A stretch of DNA of 63,726 bases, the filler included, from Octopus bimaculoides (lineage: Eukaryota), in the NCBI RefSeq assembly GCF_001194135.2. It is 4 parts of 4 records of this genome, joined end to end, with 100 filler letters (N's around TTAATTAATTAA, not from the genome) between each part and the next. Parts side by side here need not be neighbours in the genome. Positions count along the whole stretch, not along the records: positions 1 to 4,417 come from NC_069008.1; positions 4,518 to 34,704 come from NC_068993.1; 2 more parts are not named here. One strand, given 5' to 3'. Positions 1-12,161 of this stretch are shown here, one piece after another; position 1 is the stretch's first letter, and each line of letters begins with the position of its first letter. The notes under the pieces are model-generated. The model did no database searches and was not told the origin of the DNA. It saw only the letters and a program-made list of their open reading frames with translations. Position numbers and translations under genes: made by a program.

Positions 1-249
1 ATATATATATATATATACATACACATATATATCTTATATCTTTTACTTGTTTCAGTTACTAAACTGCGGTCATGCCTTTAAGAACTTTTAGTTGAATGAA
101 TTAGTCCCAGTACTTATTTTTGTTGAGTTGAGCCTGGTACTTATTTCATAGATCCCTTCCTTTCCATGAGCCTGGTCACTATTCATTTGTATAATTTGAA
201 GATGATTATCATCTTAGTTTCAAAGATATGACATCACAAATATAACTAA

Positions 250-1569
250 TTAGCAGAGACACCTGGCATTGCTCGAGATTAAAATGGTTTAGTTTGTATA
301 TAACTTACAGTTATGTTGAAATATGTGATATGGGAAAGTGCAGCGTTGGCAATAATATATTTCTGGAGCAAATTTTAAATCTTTGTAGAAATGACAATTT
401 GAGTTTAGCACACCGATTTGGAGAGAATTATAATTTTTATAAGAATGGGATGGATCATATATGGAAGCAGTTCCAGGAGTTGTGTAGAATGAATTTGTAC
501 GTGGTCTGTTTCTAGGAGCTATTCTATCATACCTCTGTGTAATATGGTGTGCTAAACATTGCGTTAACGATCAAGCATTAAGTGCTGCAGTATGCCTTTG
601 CTGATCTTGAGAAAGTCTCATGTCCCTTATCCTTGCTTCATAGGTGTTTCAGGAGAGATTACACTTTTTTCCTTGGTGGCATATTCTTTTTCAATATTGT
701 AATTAAAAAATTATGAACATAGAAAAAATATACATTAATCTCTATTTTTGTAAGCAGTTGTATGAATGTAGTATGTCTGTATTTTTGTATGCAGTGTAAA
801 TTAACCAAACATAAGCAAATTGCAACCTTGCAACTACTGCGATAATTATGAACTGGTAATTGAACAGTAGATGTGTATTTTTATATACCTTGGACGTGTA
901 ACCTAACTGTTTTTGTCAAGAGTTTCACCTCCAGCTGTTCTCATCACATATGTATGCGTAGATGTGTGTGTGTGTGTGTGTGTTTAATAATGTATGTAAT
1001 GAACGTGCAAACACCCATACAATTACAGACATACACATTCATATACAAAATGTGACAATACACACACATACACTCTCACATACATTCACATATGAGGGAC
1101 TTGTACAAACATATATTCATGCACATCAGTCGTCATATATGTATATGTATGTGTAGATGTGTGTGTGTTTAATAATGTACCTAATGTGGAAACACACACA
1201 CACAGTCATAGAGACATACACACTCATACACTCACAGATATATACACATACACACTCATATACAAAATGTGACATCGTGGTGGTGGTGGTGGTATAAAAT
1301 GTCCTTTACCATCTCGTACTTATTGAATTCAAAAACACAGACACAGACACATACACACTCATAGAAAATGTCCTGTACTATAATTGACTATAGAAAGATT
1401 ATGTCTATGAAATGTTATATTGTTTTAATGGAAATGAAAAAAGATATTGACGGTCGTGGGGTGTAATACTACATAGTAAATGAGACACACACAGACTTTC
1501 ATACATGTCAGACGTCACTTATGTTTATGTATGTGTAGATGTGTGTGTTGAATAACATATCTAACATGG

Positions 1570-1645
<76 letters not shown>

Positions 1646-2369
1646 AGACACATTCACACTCATCCACTCACATATATACACTAACAGACACATGCACACT
1701 CATATACAAAATGTGACGTTGTCACCATTATCGTCATCATCGTGGTATAAAATGTCCTGAATTATATTTGACTATAGAAAGATTATCTCTATAAAATGTT
1801 ATATTGTTTTAATCGAAATAAAAAAAATTACATGCTGAAACTCGTGTGGTGTGATATTATTACCTTGTAAAATTTGGTTTGATTTGGTGGAGCCATTTGA
1901 TATATATAGATTGACCAAACAGAAACACATGTACAAACTGTTAATTTAATGGTAAGCATGACAATAATCATTATAGATATAAATTTCTTAATATATATAT
2001 ATATATATATATATATTAAGCACATGTATTAAATGTTAATTTAAGGGTTAATGTGTAACTGTAAATACCTTGCAATCTTGCAACTGCTGCGATAATTATT
2101 AACTGGTAATTGAACGCACATTAGAATTAAAAGTGAAAGAATAAAAGTGAAACAATATTCACTTTTGACATGTAATACCAAACCAGTCTACAAGATTGCT
2201 CTGGAGTTGCATTAGACAAGAAGTTGAAACTATTTTGGCCCATGACACTCCATGGACCCTAAGTAATGCATGTGTAAAATTTGAATGAAATCAGTTGGCT
2301 AGTTCTCGAGATTTAGGGATTCACACATACAGACAGGCAGACACATATTCTTAGTTTTATATATATAGA
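250..2369 (-). mobile_element. Non-autonomous Helitron
   Basis: Minus strand starts A|TCTATATATATAAAA (2369) and ends with a decayed hairpin (ctcgagcaatgccagg) followed by CTAA|T (250). The interior has three related CA/TG-microsatellite-bearing units (about 960-1870). Confidence 0.6.
1572..1643. repeat. (CA)n microsatellite
   Basis: Read directly. Confidence 0.95.
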
Positions 2370-2552
2370 TTATTCATTTAGGCAAATTAGATATGATTTC
2401 GACCATTTTACTGACCATTCAAATTGCTATATTTCTTAAAATAGTCCTCAAAATTTCGCAAATGAGGTAATAAAATGTTTCTTTCTGGATGTTCTTCAAG
2501 AAAAAGTACAGAAGAAATTACATTTAAATACCTTCAAAACTTCATAATGATA

Positions 2553-2847
2553 CCTAGTAGAAGACACTTGTCTAAGGGCCCAAGCAGTAGTACTGAATCT
2601 AGGACAATGAAGTTGGGTTGGGAAGCAAGCTTCTTACCACACAGCCACATCTATGCATGTATTTATATGTGTGGTAAGAAGCTAGGCACAGGCATAACTG
2701 TATGGAAAGAAGCTTGCTTCCCAACCAAATGGTTTAGGTTCAGCTTCACTGTGTGGCACCTTGGGCAAGTGTCTTCTACTATAGCCTCGGGCCGACCAAA
2801 GCCTTCTGAGTGATTTGATAGACAGAAACTGAGAGAAGCCCGTTTTG
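2553..2847. mobile_element. Two CORE-like tRNA-SINE 5' parts, head to head (family A)
   Basis: Minus copy about 2553-2650 and plus copy about 2684-2847, with ggcaccttgggcaagtgtcttctactatagcc core. Confidence 0.75.
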
Positions 2848-3044
2848 TNNNNNNNNNNNNNNNNNNNNNNNNNNNNNNNNNNNNNNNNNNNNNNNNNNNN
2901 NNNNNNNNNNNNNNNNNNNNNNNNNNNNNNNNNNNNNNNNNNNNNNNNNNNNNNNNNNNNNNNNNNNNNNNNNNNNNNNNNNNNNNNNNNNNNNNNNNNN
3001 NNNNNNNNNNNNNNNNTATATATATATATAAATGTGAGAAATTG

Positions 3045-3440
3045 TTACTCTTTACTCTTTTACTCTTTTACTGGTTTCAATCATTTGACCGCGGCCATGC
3101 TGGAGTACCGCCTTTAGTCGAGCAAATCGACCCCAGGACTTATTCTTTGTAAGCCTAGCACTTATTCTATCAGTCTCTTTTGCAAAACCGCAAAGTTACG
3201 GGGACGTAAACACACCACCATCGGTTGACAAGCGATGTTGAGGGGACAAACACACACATATATGTACATATACATATATACGATGGGCTTCTTTCAGTTT
3301 CCGTCTACCAAATCCACTCACAAGGCTTTGGTCGGCCCGAGGCTATAGTAGAAGACACTTGCCCAAGGTGCCATACAGTGGGACAGAACCCGGAACCATG
3401 TGGTTGGTAAGCAAGCTACTTACCACACTGCCACTCCTGA
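3045..3440 (-). mobile_element. Family A SINE, near full length
   Basis: tactctttt tail, core, and tRNA-like head; high similarity to 35789-36177. Confidence 0.85.
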
Positions 3441-3599
3441 TTAAAATTTTATAAAACTTTTAACATTTTCTCTTCTTTATCTTTAATTGTTTGTTGAGTT
3501 TCTATAGGATACCTGTTCTATAAATGCTCATAACACACCTTATACTTTATATATATATATATATAGATACACACACACACACATATGTACATATATATG

Positions 3600-4070
3600 T
3601 GTGTGTGTGTGTTTGTGTTGTGTGTTTTTGTGTTTATGTTTGTTCTCCCATCACCACTTGACAACTGGTGCTGGTTTGTTTGTGTCCTTGTAATTAAGCA
3701 GTTTGGAAAAAGAGAATAAGAGAATAAATACCACGCTTTAAAAAAATAATTTCTGGGGTCGGCTTGTTCACCTAAAACCCTTCAGGGCTGTGCTCCAGCA
3801 TGACTGCAGTCAAATGACTGGAACAAGTGAAAGAATAAAAGAATATTGATTCTTTTATTTTTCTTTTATTCTTATACTTGTTTCAGTGATTTAACTGCAG
3901 CCATGCTGGAGTATTACCTTTAGTTGAAGAAACTGACCCCAAGACTTATACTTTGTAAGCCTAGTACTTATTTCATTGGTCTATTTTGCTGAACTGCTAA
4001 GTTATGGGGATGTAAACACACTAACATCAGTTGTCAAGTAATGCCAGAGGGGACAAACTGAGACATACAA
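3600..4070. mobile_element. Tail-to-tail pair of family A SINE 3' halves
   Basis: Plus copy ends about 3842 (gaacaagtgaaagaataaaagaa); minus copy starts about 3850 (ttcttttatt...cttgtttcagt). Confidence 0.8.
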
Positions 4071-4167
4071 ACATATACACACACATATATATATATAATA
4101 AATAGTAAATAATATATAGTATATGTAAATATATATATATATGTGTGTGTGTATGTATATATATATA

Positions 4168-4189
4168 TCTATATATATAAAAATGAGAA

Positions 4190-4232
<43 letters not shown>

Positions 4233-4397
4233 CCCTAAAACTCGAGAACTACACAACCAATTTCATTCAAATTTTACACATGTCTTACTTAGGGTTCCGG
4301 TTGTGTTTTAGTCAAAAAAATTCTTTAACTTCTTGCAGAGTTAGAGCCCACGGCAACATAATATCTCCTCCACTATTTAAGTATTACGTGTCAAAAG
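4168..4397 (+). mobile_element. 5' end of a second Helitron copy of the same family, cut by gap
   Basis: A|TCTATATATATAAAA start; ccctaaaactcgagaacta...tttcattcaaattttacacatg...tgtcaaaagtgaa matches the reverse complement of 2150-2369. Confidence 0.6.
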
Positions 4398-4517
4398 TGA
4401 AACAAAAACACTCATGTNNNNNNNNNNNNNNNNNNNNNNNNNNNNNNNNNNNNNNNNNNNNTTAATTAATTAANNNNNNNNNNNNNNNNNNNNNNNNNNN
4501 NNNNNNNNNNNNNNNNN

Positions 4518-4766
4518 CTGGCTCTTGTGTGGGTGGCACATAAAAGACACCATTTCGAGCATGGCCTTTTTCGTGCGGGTGACACGTAAAAGCACCCACT
4601 ACACTCTCTGAGTGATTGGCGTTAGGAAGGGCATCCAGCTGTAGAAACTCTGCCAAATTAGATTGGAGCCTGGTGTTGCCATCCGGTTTCACCAGTCCTC
4701 AGTCAAATCGTCCAACCCATGCTAGCATGGAAGGCGGACGTTAATCGATGATGATGATGATGATGA
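4518..4766 (+). mobile_element. Family B non-autonomous retroelement (GAT-repeat tail)
   Basis: cacccactacactctc.gagt..ttggcgttaggaagggcatccagctgtagaaac...catgctagcatggaa..cggacgttaa(gat)n. Confidence 0.85.
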
Positions 4767-5029
4767 TATATATAGCCCCTTGACAATATTTTCACATTTG
4801 ATTCCCATTTCTGATAATTTTTATATTTTGTGTTTAATTATTTCTTTGTATAATAGTGCTCACTTGCTTTGTAAGTATTGCTTTCATTATTTTATCACAA
4901 TCATAATCTCTCTCTTTTGATCAAACATCACGGTGGTCCAACAACAGAGGGAGAAACAGTTTGTCAAGTTTTACCTTCCTCTCAAAGTAACAGAGATTTC
5001 AATTCAGCAGCACATCTGTAAGATTTGCA

Positions 5030-5066
<37 letters not shown>

Positions 5067-6125
5067 GAGAGAGAACATTAAAAACAATGAATGAAATAAA
5101 TGTGAGATGAAAAAATTGTATAAATAAAAGGGCATTATTACAGATATATATGCCCCTGACTTTGTTGCCTCATGACATCCAAAAAAAATGGATTCTTTTT
5201 GACGAAATTTTCTAGAAATACAGCTTAGATATTGTGGCTTCAGAGTATACAGGTATTTATAAGAAAGACTTTTTCTGTGGTGGAGAGAGGAGTTTTGGAA
5301 AACTCACACNNNNNNNNNNNNNNNNNNNNNNNNNNNNNNNNNNNNNNNNNNNNNNNNNNNNNNNNNNNNNNNNNNNNNNNNNNNNNNNNNNNNNNNNNNN
5401 NNNNNNNNNNNNNNNNNNNNNNNNNNNNNNNNNNNNNNNNNNNNNNNNNNNNNNNNNNNNNNNNNNNNNNNNNNNNNNNNNNNNNNNNNNNNNNNNNNNN
5501 NNNNNNNNNNNNNNNNNNNNNNNNNNNNNNNNNNNNNNNNNNNNNNNNNNNNNNNNNNNNNNNNNNNNNNNNNNNNNNNNNNNNNNNNNNNNNNNNNNNN
5601 NNNNNNNNNNNNNNNNNNNNNNNNNNNNNNNNNNNNNNNNNNNNNNNNNNNNNNNNNNTATTTTGGCCAAATTTTTTTTGCACTTCAAAACTATGCAAAG
5701 AGCATTTTCAGTAAAAAATTTTGATATTTTCAGAGGGAAAAGTGAGTGATTTAGGGCAATTTAGCTGTTGTTTCTAGCATATCCAAAGACAACCTACCTC
5801 GTTTCTTTATCACTCTTGCATGTGTTGATGTTTTTCAATATTTTTCCCCCCTAAATACATTTATATGCTATAGAAAAGACAATTTGAGAAATTATTAATT
5901 TTTTGCAACCCCACTCCCTGCCCCTGATTGTTTCTGTTTAGAAATTAAAATATTGGAGAGGCTGAGACGGTCATTGATGGAATTTATCCACAGTGATTTT
6001 AAAAAATTATGGAGATGTACTTGTACAGCAAGTGACTTGAACTGAGATTGTGTGCTGAAACAAAAACAATTGTAGCATAGATGTCTGTAAGCCGTTCAAG
6101 AACACACAGAAACCATTAGTTTCAT

Positions 6126-6365
6126 GGCACTACTTAAATAAAGAGGTCCCAATGCATCTACGTAACAATACAAAGGGGAGGATTAGTTCTAGGGTTAGTT
6201 TTTAGGGTTAACATTAGGGCTAGTTTTAGGGTTGGTTAGGGTTAGAGTGTCATTACACATCCACACAGCGTACATTTAAAATGTTTTGTATGTAACACCT
6301 GTATTTAAGTAGTGCCTCTATATTTAAGAAGTACCATCAAGGGACTTCTGTATTCAAGTAGTACC
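6126..6365. mobile_element. Merlin-like MITE with TTAGGG-rich core
   Basis: Ends GGCACTACTTAAATA / TATTCAAGTAGTACC; 8-bp TSD agtttcat / agtttcac; degenerate TTAGGG at 6191-6245; terminal motif present three times at the right end. Confidence 0.65.
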
Positions 6366-6863
6366 AGTTTCACTTCAACATTAAAACTTCATTTGTGTCC
6401 AAACATTTTCTTCACTTTGAAACCTCAACTTCTTCACTGACAAAACTTCGCAAAAGTAATGCAACACAAAGTTTTGTCAGTGAGTAGCAAACACACACAC
6501 ACATTCATTGCCTTTCATTTGGGTGCGCAAATGTGTCACTGTTGAAGTCCCTCATGCAACTTGTTTGTGTTTATATTGGCTTAGTGGTATAGAGTGAACA
6601 AGGTGCAAGTTTCGAGTACTTGTCGGTAACTTTTTTCTCCTCATCTTCTAATAGTAATTACCCACTTTTCTAGGCTCTTCTCACAGCTATCCTGCATTCA
6701 AAACTTATACGGGTATTTAAAAAATTTTCATTCAATAAAATTAATAGAAAAATAAATAATAAATTACGTATACACTAATAGAATAAACTGTTGGTTTTCC
6801 AAATAGTGAATGTAAACTTAAAAGAGAAAGTGAGAGATTTTGCAAATGAGAATGGAATATTCC

Positions 6864-6936
6864 ACAGTGAATACAATGAATATTTAAATTTGTGAATTGG
6901 ACGCAGTGAATGCAATGAATATTTAAATTTGTGAGA
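6864..6936. repeat. 39-bp minisatellite running into gap
   Basis: cagtgaat(a/g)caatgaatatttaaatttgtga, two units visible. Confidence 0.7.
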
Positions 6937-7894
6937 NNNNNNNNNNNNNNNNNNNNNNNNNNNNNNNNNNNNNNNNNNNNNNNNNNNNNNNNNNNNNNNN
7001 NNNNNNNNNNNNNNNNNNNNNNNNNNNNNNNNNNNNNNNNNNNNNNNNNNNNNNNNNNNNNNNNNNNNNNNNNNNNNNNNNNNNNNNNNNNNNNNNNNNN
7101 NNNNNNNNNNNNNNNNNNNNNNNNNNNNNNNNNNNNNNNNNNNNNNNNNNNNNNNNNNNNNNNNNNNNNNNNNNNNNNNNNNNNNNNNNNNNNNNNNNNN
7201 NNNNNNNNNNNNNNNNNNNNNNNNNNNNNNNNNNNNNNNNNNNNNNNNNNNNNNNNNNNNNNNNNNNNNNNNNNNNNNNNNNNNNNNNNNNNNNNNNNNN
7301 NNNNNNNNNNNNNNNNNNNNNNNNNNNNNNNNNNNNNNNNNNNNNNNNNNNNNNNNNNNNNNNNNNNNNNNNNNNNNNNNNNNNNNNNNNNNNNNNNNNN
7401 NNNNNNNNNNNNNNNNNATACATAAATATAAAATTTAGAGAAAAGAACCAAAGTTCATGAACTCATCCATGAAAATCCACAGTCACATATAGAAAAAATT
7501 AATAAGTAAATACACGATAAATAAGTATAAGATACAAAGTAAAAATCATAAAATAATAATAATAAAATGACTACAAGTGTTTCATAACCAAGTTTTCAAA
7601 TAGAAAATAAAATATAATCAAGTCGATTAAATCGATTGAAAATCAATTCTATTCAAAAATATAGCTAATCTTCAGGTCAAAATACAACAATAATAATAAT
7701 AAAATGAATACATATATCAACTAACAATAAATAACAAATGGGTGTATAGAAAAATACTTATTATATCAAGATAGAAAAATGTTAAACAATATTATTAAAG
7801 ATTAGATTTGCATTTAATATTCTAATAAATGTAAAGTTAATAATGTCACATTTATAATTTTTGATAAGATTAGTATTACATAAACTTTATTCAA

Positions 7895-8720
7895 CCTGTA
7901 TAGTGAGAAAGCTCTAAGCAAGATCACGACAATTGCAGGGCTACAACTGGAGGAAAAGAATTATAACAATCTGAGGTACGCAGACGATATGGCTTTGTTT
8001 GCAGACACAGAAGAGAAACTTGACAGATTGATTAATATCATGACTGAGGAGAGTGGAAAGCTTAGATTGACGGTTAACTGCCAGAAAACCTTCTCAACAG
8101 TCTGTACCAAGAAACACAGGTACCTGCATGTCGCTTGACGGTGAATAGAACTGGGATAGAGCAGAAGGACAGTTTCATATATCTGGGAAGGTGGATAACA
8201 TCAGATGGAAGGTCAGACAAGGACATCAAGTGCAGAATTGGATTAGAAAAGAAGGCTTTTATGGATATGAGGAGCATTTTTTGTGCAAAGAGAATTGGAA
8301 TGGAAGTCAAGAAAAGACTATTGAAGTGCTACATCTGGTCGGTGCTAACGTATAGATGTGAGTCTAGGACGATAAGCAAAGTCATGGAGAAGAGACTCAA
8401 AGCTGCAGAAATGTGGTTTTATAGAAAAATGGTTGACGAATGTGGAAGTGTTGAGGAAGATGAAAGTGAAGAGACAGTTGATAGATACTATCAGAGAGAG
8501 AGACAGTGGCAATTTGTTGGTCGTTTTCTCAGAGAGGATGACAGAATGGAGCATTACATGGTGGAGACTGAGCTGATGGAAAGGAGAGTGAGAGGAAGGC
8601 AGAGATTGAAGATGTTTGACTAAATGAAGAAGAGAATGAACGTGCAGAGCGAGAAAGACCTGGGTAATGTTGCGAGAGACAGAAATAAATAGAGGAGGAA
8701 CAAGACACAAGAGAGAGATG
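7895..8720 (+). mobile_element. RTE-clade LINE, reverse transcriptase C-terminal fragment
   Basis: NNLRYADDMALFADTEEKL; ORF 8135..8623 SFIYLGRWITSDGRSDKDIKCRIG; frameshifted. Confidence 0.85.
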
Positions 8721-8724
8721 AAGT

Positions 8725-9165
8725 TTTGGCAAAATACATGTCATAAAGCACATCTTTACCCCACTCCACCACCTGAGGTCAAATGGGTAGGTAGAAAGAT
8801 TTGTCAACACATTCAAAAGAGCTCTAAGAAAAGCTAGGAATGAGCTAGATAATGATGAGGCACTAACAAAATTTTTGAGAGTATACAGAATAACGCCAAA
8901 TCCAAATACTAATTCAGAAAAGTCACCAGCAGAGTTAATGTTTGCATGTAAAATAAAATCAATCTTTGATAAATTATTGTCAGGAAAAAATATGTATAAA
9001 GGAAAGACAAAAAACACATTTGAAGGAAATACAAGAAATATTACAAAACATTTCAAAGTAGGAGATAAAGTTCATTTTAAAAATTACAAAAATGGTAAAG
9101 ATGGTTGGGAGGATGGCTGTGTAATCAAAAGATTAGGTAACATGATGTATTCAGTTAAAGGACAA
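8725..9165 (+). mobile_element. Ty3/Gypsy integrase C-terminal fragment
   Basis: SNG*VERFVNTFKRALRK...FLRVYRITPNPN...KSPAELMF; closely parallels 16380-16750. Confidence 0.85.
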
Positions 9166-10260
9166 CTTTTTTCTTCCGCTTCTTTCACCTTGCGGGTGGG
9201 GTAGTTTTGCCACATTTGTAGCATCTGGGTTTCCTGCCCTCCACCATTATCCGCAAAGTGGTTTCTTCTCCGATGTAGATGTTTTCTGCAATTTCTTCTA
9301 AAGTCTGGGTGGGGGGGCTGCTTGGATTATGATTTCAAGCCCTTGGACCCATCAGTTCTGTTGTTGTATTCTGGAAGCTTCAGTCATCTTGATTTTATCC
9401 TCAAGCCCCATTAGAAGGGCTGAGATAATCCAGATGACATTTATTTCTGGTGGGATATCCTCGAAAACTATTTTGGATGTTCTCCTACCCATATAGGTTG
9501 GTAACAAAACGACTTCATTGGTTTTTATCGGTTGGAGCGAGTGTTTTATTGCCTTTTCTTCGTTTTTAAAGTACACCACTACTGTGGCGTATCTTCTCCT
9601 TCTGGTCAAGAACTCGATGTCTTGCCAGATGGGTTGTAGAGACTTCTCGATTTGTTCTTTGGATGCCTCGTCTATTTTCTTGTCTTTTATCATCATTGTT
9701 TTAAATGTAATTATTTTTCTCTTTGATTCTTCGATGAGTTCCTTAGGGAGGGTGGCTTTAACATCAAAACCTTCCCTTTCGAACATACCTCTGTATTGTT
9801 GCAGTGAGTCTAGCTCTATGTTTAATTTGTCTTTTCTCACACCGGCTGCAGTGGCAAAATTAATTTTTTTTGGTTGTCTTTTGTTGGGTTTACTTTTCCG
9901 TTATTCATTTCAGCATTTATTTTTCCTTCTTGGTCCCTTTTTTCGTTTACTGCATTTATATGGCTTTTGTTCACATTTTCTTTCATTTTTACTTGCTTTA
10001 CGGTTACTTTTTGCTTAGCTTGGTCAGGGTTAGAAGACTTGTCGTATGAATTCATTTTCACAAATATTTTTTCCAAAATACTTTTTTAAAAATTATTTCA
10101 AAAATTATTTTGTTACGGAGGGGAACAACAGTCTACTACGTCTGTTAAAACAGTACGTAGAACAATAACAAAAGTTCAAAATTTAGCAATAAATGGCAAC
10201 AATAACAATAAATAATGATAACAATTACTAACCAAATTCTCGCAAAGACAAATCAACCTA
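9165..10260 (-). mobile_element. 5' part (UTR and ORF1) of a Tx1/L1-like LINE
   Basis: ORFs 9837..10076 and 9352..9840 are probably joined by a frameshift at a poly-T run. They are followed by VEGRKPRCYKCGK, the start of a zinc knuckle, cut at about 9165. Confidence 0.65.
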
Positions 10261-10584
10261 AGCGTGCTAACGTTTCTGCTAGCTCGCCACCTTAAAATGA
10301 ACAAGTTTATCTAATGACAAAAGTAATGATGATGAAATAATATATTATACAGTTTTGTAAGTTATACAGTGTAAATGAAGTGTGTAATGTAGTTCACTGT
10401 CATGCAAATTATGAAACCAGATATGTGTGTGTGTTCGTGCGTGCATACATACAATAAATAGGACCTTTATACAGTTAACCTGATTTCTTCAAAAATTCTA
10501 ACACTATATTTCAGTGCTTGATATCCTAAATTTATTGAGTGAGTGTTATTATCAAATAAATGATATAACAGAAATTAGACATAA

Positions 10585-11932
10585 TACAAGGAGGTAACCA
10601 AAAGTAACCGGAAATGTTCTCTGTGGGAGAAGCTCGTTGTTATTCAGGCTTCCGCTGCTTGATGCGACCCTCAGGCATCAATCTGTCGACCGGCGTTGTC
10701 CAGTGGGATCATACTACCACGATGTGTTTTGCCTTGTAGTGCTTCTCCTATGTTTGCCAATTTTTGCGATGACTGGAACGAAGGAACAGCATGCTTCCAT
10801 GAAATTCTGTTTTCTGCTGTAGAAAACGGCAGTCAAAATAGTTGTCATGCTTCAAACAGTTTACAGGGATGCTGCCATGAGTAAAACACAAGTTTATGAG
10901 TAGTTTTCATGCTTTGGAAATGGTCACGGCAAGACTTTCTTTTGTACNNNNNNNNNNNNNNNNNNNNNNNNNNNNNNNNNNNNNNNNNNNNNNNNNNNNN
11001 NNNNNNNNNNNNNNNNNNNNNNNNNNNNNNNNNNNNNNNNNNNNNNNNNNNNNNNNNNNNNNNNNNNNNNNNNNNNNNNNNNNNNNNNNNNNNNNNNNNN
11101 NNNNNNNNNNNNNNNNNNNNNNNNNNNNNNNNNNNNNNNNNNNNNNNNNNNNNNNNNNNNNNNNNNNNNNNNNNNNNNNNNNNNNNNNNNNNNNNNNNNN
11201 NNNNNNNNNNNNNNNNNNNNNNNNNNNNNNNNNNNNNNNNNNNNNNNNNNNNNNNNNNNNNNNNNNNNNNNNNNNNNNNNNNNNNNNNNNNNNNNNNNNN
11301 NNNNNNNNNNNNNNNNNNNNNNNNNNNNNNNNNNNNNNNNNNAAAAAATGTTGCGAGAAAATGTGGGGGAACGTGAGGAAGTCTTTCCATGGTCACTTGA
11401 GAACCAACCTCGTTCTGGGCGACCGCCGACCTTCTGAACAAATGAAAACATAATGAAAATTCATGAACTGATCTTGGAGGACCATCACCGAACAATTGAC
11501 GAACTTGTTGATATGACTGGTATGTCTTTGAGCACCTGCCAACGAATTTTGAGCGAGGTATTGCGAATGAAAAGAGTTGCAGCAAAATTTGTGTCTCGCT
11601 TGCTCACGGAAGATCATAAGCAGACACGACTGTTTGCGTGTCGTGAACAGAAAGAACAGTTGAAAGTTGATCCGGACCTTTTTCTGAAGGTCATTACTGG
11701 TGACGAAGGATGGTGCTACAGAATTTGCAGACGTGGAAGAGGTGAAGAAAAAAACGACGAAGGCGTTAAAAGTGCATGAGTTCCAGCACTACTTCGAACA
11801 GTGGAAAACGCGTCTGGACTGATGCGTTGCTTCAAATGGAGAATATTTTGTAGGCGATAAAGTGTAAACATGTAAAACTAAGTGAATGAAATATATTGCA
11901 AAATTCGGATCTCTCTTAGGTACCCACTCGTA
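10585..11932 (+). mobile_element. mariner transposon, internally deleted, spans gap
   Basis: TA-bounded imperfect TIRs (tacaaggaggtaaccaaaag / ttaggtacccactcgta); transposase MKRVAAKFVSRLLT...VITGDEGWCY and C-terminal FEQWKTRLD*CVASNGEYF. Confidence 0.85.
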
Positions 11933-12010
11933 TATCAGAAAAATTACAGAAATTGGGAATCAACTGCGTAAATATCATTTAGTGACTATGGTTATTTATA
12001 TGCTATAAGC

Positions 12011-12161
12011 CAGTGGTTCCCAACCCTTTAATTTAAATGAGTTTTCCTACGGACCCCTTTTAATATACTTATCCTTATGCATAAATATATATATGAAATT
12101 TTGAATTTAGTTCACAGACCCCCCAGTACAACCATTGCGGACCCCAGGTTGGGAACCACTG
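12011..12161. mobile_element. hAT-type MITE
   Basis: Perfect 15-bp TIR cagtggttcccaacc; exact 8-bp TSD ctataagc (12003-12010 and 12162-12169). Confidence 0.92.

Noticed and set aside
873-2025. HT/CV/YI-repeat ORFs (also about 4002, 25287, 32409, 42302, 50616, 57872)
   Set aside because: Translations of CA, TG and TA microsatellites.
4462-4473. TTAATTAATTAA island inside N-run (also 34749-34760 and 62291-62302)
   Set aside because: Identical 12-mer with stops in all six frames, embedded in Ns three times: an assembly linker, not biology.
5232-11585. Long ORFs made mostly of X (also 59665-60163)
   Set aside because: They only span N gaps.
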